Assembly (NCBI GenBank): GCA_965178125.1
Contig: OZ237737.1
Coordinates: 930,001 to 994,000, forward strand
Length of the DNA stretch: 64,000 nucleotides
Source: Bilabrum cf. latius
Taxonomy: Eukaryota
Direction: 5' to 3'
This document shows, in pieces, positions 25,601 to 37,346 of this stretch (the first letter of the stretch is position 1; each line of letters opens with the position of its first letter). The notes beneath the pieces were generated by a model. It was not told the DNA's origin. It was given only the letters and a program-made list of their open reading frames with translations, and did not search any database. The translations under genes were made by a program, and so were the position numbers.

Positions 25601-28600
25601 AACGCGAAGGGTCCCGTGATGCTGGGCGGGAAGTTTCTGTCGACCACCTCAATCACCACGATGGCAGTGAAACTGAGCTTAGGACCGTCAATACCAGCAT
25701 CAGTGACTGTTACGTTGAGCCTGTGCACGGGGCCTGGGCCACCAGTCGGATAAATCAGTGCGTTAGTCGAGTTATCCTTCACGGAAATTTGCCCGCTGCT
25801 GACGTCGATCTAGAAGGTGTTGTCCGTGTTGCCAGCAGCGATGGCCCACGTGTGGCTCTCGGTGATGCCCGGTGCCATGAGGTCCTGGTCCCTGAGGTAC
25901 TCCTGGGAGAGAGGAGGACCCACAGACGCGGTGGTCTTGGCGGGGACGTACAAACGAGCGACAGGCAGCACCTGCGGCTGCTCATTCCGGTTGAGCAGCT
26001 TGATGGTGGCCTCGCACTGTCCAACAAGGCCGCCCTTGTCGGTGACGTTCAAGGTGACTACATACTCCCCTCGGGTCTCCAAGTCAAGAGCACGCGTGTT
26101 AACCTCAATCTGACCAGAGCTGGCTCCAATGGCGAATGGGGTAGCATCTCCACTGTCGGTCGCAGGCTGAGCGGCAATGCTCCAAGTGTGCTCATCCTCC
26201 TCGTCAGGGTCCTCAGAGCGCATCTCACCAACGGCAGTCCCCACGGCGCTGTTCTCCAGCACTGTGAAGGAAGCATCGAAGCAGTACCCGGGCTCGTTCT
26301 CGTCAAGGACCAACACATCCACGGTCTGCTCATCGGTCAAGCGAGCCTCTGAGCCGTCGGCTGTGTTGCCAGAGTCCCTTGCACGCAGCTCCAGAGTGAT
26401 AGAGTCCTTGGCTTCGTGGTTCAGCTTACTGGGGTCTGCCACGTAGATCTTGCCCTCAGTGTCGATCGCGAACGCACCTTCATTGTTGCCAGCGATGATG
26501 GACCACTGCAAATTGCCGTCCTCCGTGGTGCCGTCCTCGGGGTCTGTGGCATTCACCACGCCCGTCGCCACCCGCTCGCCCAGGGCAGCCAGCTCACCGA
26601 CGGAGAACTCCTGTGACTCGGCAATCTCTGGCTTCTCGTTCGTGTCGAGCAGCTGGATAGTCACGTTCACCAGCGTGCTGAGGGCAGGAGTGCCTTTGTC
26701 ACTGGCGCGGAGAAGGAGCACGTACTTCGGCTTGGTCTCGTAGTCAAGCCCAGCAGCTCCGGAGGATGTGAGTTTCAGTGTGGCACCGGTCTCTCCGTCG
26801 GCCAAAAGCGTGAAGAAGTTGGATTCGTCTCCTGAAACGACGCTCCACACAACCTGTCCTTCCACACCTGCATCCTCGTCAACGGCAGTGAGAGCATCGC
26901 CCACCTGCTCCCCGCTGGTTCTGGGAGACCGAGGAGCGTTTTCGGCAATGCTGAGAGTCTGTGGGTCGGCGATCGGGGGCTCGTTGATGTTCGTCACCGT
27001 CACATCAACGGTTGACTCGGCATGCAACGCAGGCTCACCCCGGCCGCCCTGGTCACTGACGCTGACGATGAGCTCGAAGCGGTTAGCATCCCTGTTCTCG
27101 AAGTTGAGCAGCCCGCGATCACCCCTTGCCACAACGATCTGGCCCGTCAGCGGCTCGATCCGGAAGATGTTCGCGGTGTTGCCCGCCGTAATGCTGTAGG
27201 TGAGGTTGTACCAGCCGCCGTGCGTCTTCCCGAACACATCCTCGTCGGTGCCAGTAATCGCGGTGCCCACTAGAGTGCCCACAGCCGCGTTTTCGACCAC
27301 CTCAACGGAGGCATCGGACAGCTCGGGCTTGTCGTTCACGTCCAGCACGTTGATCGTAATGTTGGCGCGAGTACAAAGGCTTGGCACGCCAGTGTCGCAA
27401 ACCTCGATGATCACGTTGTATTGCTGCATGGTCTCGTAGTCAAGCGTCTTGCCGAACCCAACCTGGATCTGGCCACTGCACCTGTTGATTGTGAAGAGCC
27501 CCTGCCCCGTGCCACTCACGATCCGGAAGATCAAATCCTGCCCGAAATCAGGGTCATAGGCCGGGATCTCTGCACCGACGGCGTTGGGGAACACAGCGTC
27601 CTCGCGGACCTCACGCATCTGGTCCTTCACCTGAGGAGGCTCGTTCACATCGTTCACGTTGATCGTCACCTCCTCCGTATCAGACAGACCACCGCCATCC
27701 GATACCTTGAGCTAGACCACGTACTTGGTCTTGAACTCGTAGTCCAGCCAGCCGTCCTTCTCCACGCGCAGAACCCCCGACGAGTTATCCACGGAGAACA
27801 GCTGGGTCCCGTTCGGGTACCCATCCACGCCCTCGAGTTCATACGAAAGGGTGCCCCAGCCCGAAGGATGGGCGGACGAATCCTGATCGGCTGCTACCAG
27901 CCCGAGCCCAATAGTCGTGCCTGTGCCGCTGTTCTCATCGATGTAGCGCACCTGGTCCTTGGTCACCACCGGCGCCTCGTTCACGTCCTCTAGCTGCACC
28001 AGTACCTGTCGGGTGGCACTTAGCCTGGGCGAGCCGTTGTCGCGGGCGATGATCGTCAGGGTGTACTCGCGCTGGCTCTCGTAATTTAGATACCCAGGGG
28101 TCTTAATGATGAGCTTGCGATCCGATGATCCAATCTCGAACAGAAGCGCCGAGCCCGCCAGGTTGTTGGCTGAGGTCAGCTCGTAGGTCAGCGTCTGCGA
28201 TGCAAGCGTGTCGGGATCTACAGCGGCGGCCACCGTTCCGACCAGAGTGTTACCAATCGAGTTCTCCTTGACTGACAGGCAAGCCACGTACCCGCTTGCA
28301 CCATTGCTGCAGGTCAGCGACTGGCTCCAAGTCGGTGCCTCGTTAACGTCCTGGAACGACAGAGCCACCACACCATAGTCACTGAGGGGCACGGGGGACA
28401 AAGTGCCTCGAGACTGATCCGTGGTCTTGAACTCGAAGCCGAGGAACTGCTGCTGCTCGTAGTTGGCGGCCAATGCCATGGAAACACTGCCGCTGGACCC
28501 CACAAGAGAGATACGGTCCTCCGGAGTGAGCGTGCTGCTGGATGGCTCAAAGCACACGCTCGTGAATCGGGTGTCTGCAAATGCAGACCGCATCACCACC

Positions 28601-31600
28601 TCGCGCACGTCGAGCTTGCTGGTAGAGCTATCAGTTCCGGACACAAGGGTCGTGGAGCACGCTGTACCGGGCTCATTATCTGCTCGATGCCGTAGCGACA
28701 TCGCGCCAGTGTTGCGGTTCACAACGGCGCAAAGGTTGGCCAGTCTACCAGTGGCACCCGTCTCACCAGTCACGATGTCACGAGCCGCCACTGAGGTAGC
28801 ACTGATGGCTCGCGATGCGATGGACGTGCATGTGCCCGAGGCCTCGCACCTGCGAAGGCACAGCTGATTGCGGCTGGACCCACAGCCCACCTCGAACTCG
28901 TACCTTGCGGCTGCACTGGAGCCCGATCCACCCACTCGGATTGCCAGAGTGGATTGCCCTCTGGATGCCAGCCGGAAGAGGACCGACACCTCGGCTTGGG
29001 TGGCGGCATCAGGCAGCTAGGCTCCACGGATGCCAATAAGGGTGTTCACGTCCGACGATGTCACGGTGTGGGCCCAGCAGAAATGATCCACGCGGGACAG
29101 CGCGTAGGTGTGCGTCTGGCCTGTGTCTTCGTCGTTGCTGGCCGCAACGGCAATCTGCGCGCCTGTCTTACCCTCATCAGCGCTGGCAAATACGTCCTTA
29201 CCATAGGGACGGTCGTTGGCATTCGTAACCAGCACAGTCAAGGGGGCCGATGCAGAGAGTCCATCCCGATCAGTGACCTTGACGGTCAGCCTATAAGAGG
29301 CCTTGTCTTCGTGGTTCAATGCGTCTGGTATGGAGTTGCGAGTCACGTTGCCACTGCTCGAGTCAATGCTGAACGCGCCTGCCGTGTCACCTGCGGTGAT
29401 CGAGTAGGTCAGGGCATTGCCGTCATCCACATCATCGCCCTGTACCTGGCCCATGTTGAAGTCCTCGGCGGCGTCCTCGCGGACCTCCATGGAGCCGAGC
29501 GTTGGCAGCGTGGGTGCCTCGTTCACGTCATTGATCGAGATCACGGCGAAACACGTGCCGGTGAGGCGCCCAGCCCCGTCGTCCTGTACCTGCACGGTGA
29601 TGTTGAACTGAGGCCTGGTCTCGTGGTCCAGGATGGCCTTTGCCACCGTGATCTTGCCAGATGTGGACGAGATCTGGAAGGCTCCGTCGATGTTGTCGTT
29701 GATAAGAGACCACCGCAGGGTGTCGTCTGTGTCGCGGTCTGACCCGCTCATGCCGGTGCTGGGCGACAGCGAAGTTCCCACAGCTGAGTTCTCGTTGATA
29801 GTGTACGTAGCGAGCTCGCATTCGGGGGCATAGTTAGCGTCCACCACGTTTATGGTGATTCGAGCAGAATCCTGAAGATCTCCGCCATCCTTCACCGTCA
29901 CTGTCGGCGTGAATGTTCCAGGCTGGGACGGCTGCTGCCGGAGAGTGATCTGTCCGTTCTCGCCAAGTGCAAACAGAGAGCCGCTGTAGTCCCAGCTCCA
30001 CTCCACGCTGTCCTCCTCGGGATCTGAGTACGCCAGAATTGCCCCGACATTGGTGCCGGCACCGTTAATCTCACTGACAGACCTCGTCTGTGCCTCAATG
30101 TTGGGCTTCTCGTTCACGTTGGTGATGGCCACCTGGATTGTGGTCTGATCCGTGAGCTCCGAGTTGTCTTCCACCTCGATCGTGAGCGTATACGAAGACG
30201 TCTGCTCGAAGTCGGGGCTGAACCCAGAGGCCAACTTGAGCACACCACCAGAGGTGATTGAGAACTTGTCCGAACCGGCACTTGCCAGAAGCGAAAAGCT
30301 CAGCTGCGACGAAGTCGAGTCAACATCTGTTACGGAGACTGTTCCAACATCCCCGTCTGATGAATCCGAATTCTCCAAAACGTTAAAAACCTAACCGCGG
30401 GCCATGACAGGAGGCTCGGGCCTGTCAAGCACGTTAATGGTGTACGTGCCTGTGTCGGAAAGCCCAGAACCATCGGTCACGCTGATTTGAACCACGTGCT
30501 AGGCTGCGGTCTCATAGTCGAGGATGTTCGTGAGGCTAAGGACTCCCGTGGCTGCATTCAGCGTAAACAGACCGGCATCGTTACCACCCACAATCGTGTA
30601 GAAGAAGGTCTGACCGGTCAGCCCGTCTGGGTCAGACAGAACAGTGCTCATGGCAGGGGAAATCTCGGCGTCAGGATCGTTCTCCGGGACCGAGTCGGTC
30701 AGATCGCCGAGCACCGGGGCTTCCGGAACATTGGTGACTGCTACGGTCACAGTAGCTGTGCCAGACTTCGCAGCTGTGTCACCAGATATGCCGCCGTCCG
30801 TGGCCCGAATTGTGAGCGTGAAGGAGGTCCTGGTCTCGTAGTCAAGTCCTGCGCTGGTGGTAATCACACCGGCACTGGAGATCTGAAACGCTGTGCCAAT
30901 GTTACCACCAGTGATTGCAAACGAAGCGATAGACCCTCCGTCTTCATCAGATGCTTGCACAGTGCCAACTTCGGTTCCACTAGAAGCGTCCTCGCTGATA
31001 GTGTACGTTTGACCTGATGCAACTACAGGGGCGTCGTTTCGGTCAAGAGTCTCCATCGTGCACTGCTGCTCTACACAGAACTCGGCATCGCACGCCTTGA
31101 TGCGGAAGAAGCGCACCTGCTGGGCCACCTCCTCGAAGTTGAAATGCTGCGGCTTGGCGATTGTAATCACACCGGTGCGCGAGTTGATGCTGAGAGCTCC
31201 CTTGTCCTCGTTCAAAATCGAGTACGTCAGAGTATCGCCATCCGGGTCCGTGGCCCCAGCGCTGGTCGGAGACACGCCTCCACCAACAGCAGTAGACTCA
31301 GCGACCTGGAATGAGTAGTCGCCGGAAGTAGGGAAGATCGGGGGCTCGTTGCGGTTGGTCACACGAACGGTCACCGTCACGTCTGCGTGCTGGGCTGGCG
31401 TCCCGCTGTCCGTGACGCGTACTCGAAGCGAGAAAGTCCTGGTCCCAGCGTCATAATCAAGGGGCTTAGTTGTGAAGATCTATCCGGTGCATCCACCAAT
31501 GCGGAAGCTGTTGCCGGAGTTGCCGCTGACGATCGAGAAGGTGAGCTCCTGGCCACGGTCGGGATCAGACGCAGAAAGCGCCTATCCGACAGGTGTGTCC

Positions 31601-34505
31601 TCGGGCTTGTCCTCCTCAACCTCACGCACATATGATGATGCGCCAAATGACGGACCCTCGTTGATGTCGTTGACTTCAATCTCCATTTCGCACTCGATGT
31701 CAATGCCCTGATACCTATAGGCGACCACGATATCGTACCCAGTGCACTGCTCAGCAGAGAGGCCCCCAGTCAGCGCCGACTTGAGCCGAACCACGCCCCC
31801 GCTCGTCACCTCGAAGGGAGCAGATTCGGAGCATCCACTGGCCGTGTCGAATTTGGTCTAGGACTTAACGCGGTAAGTGCCGCCAGGAACATCCCGGATG
31901 TCCACCGTTGCGGCTGCAGCACTCCTGACGTTCTCGTCGATGTTGGCCTCGCCGGTACCACCTGTCTTGCAGACGTTGTCTGCCCACCAATAATTCGGAG
32001 TTTTGAGACCTCCCGTGCATGTGTGGGCCGGTGGGCACGAGCATTCGTGAGTTCTGCGGACAAAGAGTGTCGGTTTGGCAATCGCAAACGTACTATCGGA
32101 TGGGCTTCTTGCATGCGGCGCAAGTGCTAGTTCCGCCGGCATCTCACCTGCGCTCGGCGTTCGCTGCTGTCTCCTCCTGACCTGGGATACAGCTGTAGTA
32201 GCCGTTTCGGACGGTGCGACGGGAGCTGCTTCCCGCAGGGCAGAAGTACGCCGCCGATCCGCAAAGATTAGGACAGCTTGAGGTGGAGCCGGCAGTGCAG
32301 TAGCACCCCGCCGAACACTGCGGTAAGGGTAACAAGTGCGAGTAGGTTGCGGTCGTATGACAATATCAACCAGCACCCTGAATCCACACAGAATCTCAAA
32401 CGGCATGCACACATCTTACCGTTCCAGAACAATGCGAGGACGAATACCCGCCTGTGCTGGACCTGTACCGGCCAGCAGGGCACTAATACCGAAGACCACT
32501 GCTGCAGTAATAGCCCTTAGGGCAAATTGTCTGTCCGGTTCGCGGCGTAGTGCTGCTGCCGTCAGGCGTCGAGTAGTACCCAGTGGATGGTGTGCTTTGC
32601 GAGCTGCAAGATGTGCCGCCGGTGCAGTACTTGTTCGGCCCGCACCTCGCGCTGCCGTAACTAGACGTAGCACCGGCATTGCTGCAGTACCCTGCCCGCA
32701 CGGCACCGGTGCAGGATGACGAGGAGCTCGTGCCTGAACCGTACCTGCCTGCAGAGCACAGCCTTCCAGAAGGTCGGCTGGTGGTGGAGCCCGAGGGGCA
32801 GTAGTACCCGGCGGAGCATCCCCCGCTGCACGTGGAGGAGCGATGGACGTTAGATGAGCCGTAGTACCCGGCCCTACAAGCGTACCGTACCGAGCTTCCA
32901 GTTGAGGACACGTAGTGGCCCGTCCCACTCGCGATGCAGCCGGACTACCCGTTCCGATTCTGGTAGTACCCGGTTCCGCACTGCGAGCAGCTGCGAGCTC
33001 GCGACCAGCCGCTCCGGTAGTGGCCTACACCGCAAGTGCGGCACTGGTTGTAGTTGTAGTGATGGTACCTGCGATAGCATATGGCAAGGTGGTGCGACGG
33101 ACGGCGACGACTGGACTTGCAGAGGTCGCAAGGTTTGTTGACGAGGCTATTCAATAATCGGCACTCACCGGCCAGATGGACAGTTCCAGTACGTGTTCAC
33201 GCCGAACCCGTAGTAGGTTACGGAGAAGTCTGTCCGGAAGTGTACGCCGAACGTAGTACCGGACTGCTTGTGCACAGGATGGAGCGTTAGAAAGTGGCAA
33301 GCGATAGGCGCAGCTTACGAGGCAGGATTTGAGACAACAAGTGACGACAACATTCAAACTATCAGTACTTTTTCCACTACATGCCTCATCAGTAGCATAC
33401 GTTGGAGCAGTGCATTTGTCACATCGCGAATCGCGATCTCAAGGTCGCGGTGTCAGCTGATCCTCTCACGAAGCTGCCAGACCCAGGGCCGCTCGTGCCA
33501 CAGTACCGGCCAGACCAGCTCCCTCTGTAGATCTGGAGCCAATCCCACTGCAAAAATTTATTATTCAAAGGGCGTGTGGTGCCATGTAGAAGTGGAGCTA
33601 ATAGCTGTGGTGCAGCATTGACCGCATCCGGATGACAGTCCGAAACGGATACCACGCGATTTGGCTATGCCCCTTACGCTGTCACAGCCAGAGTCTTGCT
33701 CCAGATGAAAGTAGCTGAAACTGTACCACTGCGACGATAGGTTGGCAATGAGAAGGCATGATGAACTGCTCGAGCGTCGAAGCCTTGCGTCTCAGGAGCG
33801 GTGGGCGGCAGGCCTATCCGAAGCAAACCCAAAGCAGTGGTAGACCTCACCATATAAGCACTGGATGGAGCGTACGCGTACCAATAGCACGTCTTGTGAT
33901 TAGACTGCGCACGCATGAACGGGGGCGGGCTGGCAGGGCTGGAAAGGGCTGACACGGGTAGTTGTGCCTAGTAGTGCGGAAAGGGAATTTTGTCGCTGAG
34001 CCAGTTGCGTCCCGGTTTCTGGCCCGAGGATAATTTCTATGCCACAAAATGAGGTACAACACCATATCTCTGTCGCTGTGCTTCGACAGAGGAAAAGACG
34101 CGCAGCTGAAGATCCCGTGATTTGACGTTGATGTGCCAAGCGTCCGACCAATACTGGCGGCCTCGACGCGGACACTCACGTACCGACCATTCCTAGACGT
34201 ACCATCGGTGATTCTGCGCCCAAGAACTGGCAGCAAAAGAAGAGCAGTGCCCGTATCAAGCGGCGAAACGAAGTCAACGTTCGTGCCTTCATTTCCGTAC
34301 AGATGATTCCGTGTCTGAGCGTATCCTGGTCTATTTGTACTACTCTGGATCAAACTGAAATCACCGTGCTATTTTTTGCAGTATTTTCTCACGTGACCGA
34401 GCCTGAGTCCTTCAACTGGTAGGTACGAGTCCCACTGCAGTGTCCTTCTGCGGACGATGCCAGCAGCGAACACGCAGCGACCAGCAGCGCAAGGCTGGCA
34501 GTCAT
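16603..34505 (-). CDS. Gene C: ~5564-aa cell-surface protein (signal peptide, CUB domain, Cys-rich C-x-x-G-x-Y repeats, roughly 17-19 cadherin repeats, IPT/TIG-like repeats, Cys-rich region, 9 TM segments, tail); nonagonal-cadherin-like
   Basis: One frame from 32053 down to a TAA stop at 16603, broken only by 20 TAGs (18148, 19093, 19366, 22291, 22324, 23374, 23476, 23863, 24307, 24466, 24613, 25231, 25810, 27712, 29017, 30391, 30499, 31480, 31582, 31858), plus TAGs at 32483 and 32945. Start MTASLALLVAACSLLASSAEG at 34505. Introns at 34214..34392, 33905..34179, 33729..33850, 33548..33677, 33264..33469, 33069..33168, 32318..32419 and 32054..32147 give 16695 nt, divisible by 3. Spliced CUB motifs: ITDG..RYSNHKTCYW, FHLEQDSGCDSWDWLQIY, YCG, FRTDFSV..GF. 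Many DVNEAP, LDYE and D-x-D cadherin motifs. Confidence 0.88.
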
Positions 34506-35517
34506 TGTTATGCCCAAATGGGAAGCTGAATAGGGCCTGCGAAATAACATTTGAGGCACGCACCGGCAATATAGAGTACACATCATTAATGGCGTGCTTC
34601 GGTTGCACCGCAGATTCTTGCGAGCGGCAGGGCTGCTGCTGTTTAGACAATAAGCATCGATATGTTGCGTCCGAACTTCTATATCTCGTTAGATATGTAT
34701 AATTGTACTATGCTCTCACGAAAGAAGCGAGTCCTGCTGCCTATCAAAGGCAATCACCAAGGATTCACGCTGTGATGGGCAAGACTTCGATGCTCAACAT
34801 TTTGGATCGGATTATAGAAGTGGCGTGTTAATTTGTGAAACGTCGCGTTTCACATCGATTCAGGCACCCTCACGGTCAGATACATTATGAACTTACGCTT
34901 CTAACATTTTGAGCGAATTGTACAACCGTGTCGCAAGCCAAGGTCGCACACCAATTTTGTGGTCGCAATAGGCCTGTGACGGCCCAGTGGGCAGGTGACC
35001 AGTGATCACCATGTGGTCGCTGGTACCTCACAAAGCACGCTTCAAGCAACTCCAGTAGCACTTCTGCAGTGGTCACAGGCAGGCCAATGTCCGTATGTTA
35101 GCCAGGCATTGCAGTGCCTTACTTCGGCTGCTGGCCGTTGGCACACACCGGTAGGGAGATGCTCTTGTGCCTGGCAGCGTGGCACACGCGGCCCAGACTC
35201 CTTCAACCAGCCACCCTCTACCAACCCTACATTCCAAGCACTTCTCATTGCCAACACCCCCACAGCGACAGCTGCAGGTTCAAAACGCTACCGTTCCGCT
35301 AATACGAAGCTACAAGTCATGAGCCGTGGCAGGTTGTGGAGCAAGGCGCCTGGTTAATATCGTTCGGGCGCACAACGTGATCAAGAAATCATTGGTAGCC
35401 CGCCCGTGGCAGCAACACAAAGGCCACGCATTTAATAGCTTCTTCTTGAAATTTAGCATTAGGTTGCAACCGGTCTAATGGGGCAATCTGAATGCCTTTT
35501 CGCTACATCTACAAGCT

Positions 35518-37176
35518 ATGTCTCGCGTCTCTAGCGTTCCAATGTCACACTGGTTTATTTCTCTTCATGATGGTGAAGGGGGTAGCACGCGAGAGACTTT
35601 GCAACAGCTAATGGGCCACTTGGAGGCTGGAGGTGGAGCGTCCGCGCCGGGAGATGAGTATGTAGCTGGTGTTGCGCAATTTGATGTACCATCCCGAAAG
35701 CTGCAGGTCGGTACACTGGATTAGCTCATGATTTTGTCGGATGCAATGGACAGAAACGTGCAGCATGCGCAAACGATTGTCCGAAGGGCCGAGCGAATGA
35801 TCGAGGACAGCTCTGCTGCGGAAAAATCGCTGGCACAGGGAAGTTCTGCTCCTCGCACAACGTCAGATACCGCTGATCGAATCAAATTGAGGGTCGATGG
35901 CGAGCCCACGGCGCGCTGGCTGAAGCGATTCCGGTGGGACCGACAAACGTGGGATTGTGACTAGCCTCTATACCGGCTGGCAGCCCAATTGCGCTCAACC
36001 GCCGATGCAAGGGACGAAGAAATGCGAGGCTATTGGTCAGTGTTCTAGGAGAAGCGGCAGGAATTTCTTGATTTGCAGAAAAAGCGAGGGTGAGGTCCAG
36101 CAATGAATTCAGCCTTGCATGTTCTCGAACGGCCACTTGTATTGGACACAGCTGCTCTGATGATTTGCCACTGCAGGGGGTCCTTCTTATCTGGATCTAT
36201 TGAAGCTGTTCTAACCGAAGAGGCCTTGCGCACGGCAGCAGTGGAGCTGTTTGTCGACTCAGCATTCATTCAGTCTGTCGCCGTGATCGTCCCGAGGTGA
36301 GCTTAGCACTTGTAACTGTGTACCTACTTCGCATCGCACGAAAGGTATTCTAAGCAAATATTTTTTGTTTCTATTAATTCAACTACAACTGCCATCTGCA
36401 GCGGGCTGTCAGAGCGATTCCTCGGCGAGTACGAGGGGCTGGCCGCCGACGCGGTGGTGGTGGACGAGGCGGCGTTGGCAGCGCGAGCTGAGGCTCACCG
36501 GGAGCCGCAGGGAGGACCATCCAGGGCATCTCGCGCAGATATGTCATCCTCATCTGCGTCTGGTGGGGCGGGTAGCAGCACAGGGCCGTCCACGGCATCC
36601 GCAGCGTCGCCGGACGCCCCGCGAATTTCTCCCGTGGTTCCTCGCAGCGCTCGAAAAGTGGCGGAAGACGACGAGGGCATGGGACTGTTCGTTGTGAATG
36701 TTCTGAGCAACTACCTGGAAGAGTTCACTTCTGCCGCGAAGGCCAGGAGATACATCGTCCGCGACTGGAGGTACACCCCTGCCGCCGGCGGAGAGCTCTC
36801 CACGCAGTCAGCGAGGGCCGAGGTGGAGATGCGAGCGGCGCTTGCAGAGCTGAGGGGGCAGACCGAGCGGATGTATTCGGAGTGCTTTAAGGTGTGGGTG
36901 CACATGAGCGCCATCAAGCTGTTCGTTGAGTCAATCCTGGAGTACGGGCTCCCCGTGCGATGCTCGTTCGCCATGGTGAAGCCGCTGCCCGGCAAGTTCG
37001 AGCTCGTCAGGACGAGACTGCAAGAGGCTTACGTGAAGGAAAGCAAGTTTGCCGCTGGTGCTGGCTTTGAAGGAGACCTGGACAGTGATGAGGAGGAGGA
37101 GGCCAAAGGAGCTGGTGTGCGGGAGCTGCCGTTCGTGGGGTGGTCAGTGGCCGTGACTGAATCGTGCAGGGGATGA
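35518..37176 (+). CDS. ATP6V1C: V-type proton ATPase V1 subunit C (~488 aa), 2 introns, 3 in-frame TAG
   Basis: Family motifs VGTLD*LMILSD, RFRWD, DSAFIQSVAVIVP, VVPRSA, YIVRDWRY and WVHMSAIKLFVESILEYGLP. TAGs at 35722, 35962 and 36046. Introns at 36090..36176 and 36097-type GT..GCAG site 36297..36401. Stop is TGA at 37174-37176. The start may instead be the second Met at 35542. Confidence 0.92.
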
Positions 37177-37346
37177 GCGCCTGTGTCCAAAGCTGCTCGG
37201 TATGCTGGCTCGCATTAGCACTATTGACTAGTCTATTATCATGCAACATGATCAGAACATGATGCCACGCCGGGGAACACTCAACCCAGATTTGGCGCTA
37301 CACTCCACTATGCTGCACATCGATTTTAAGACTCTGTTCGCTTTCA

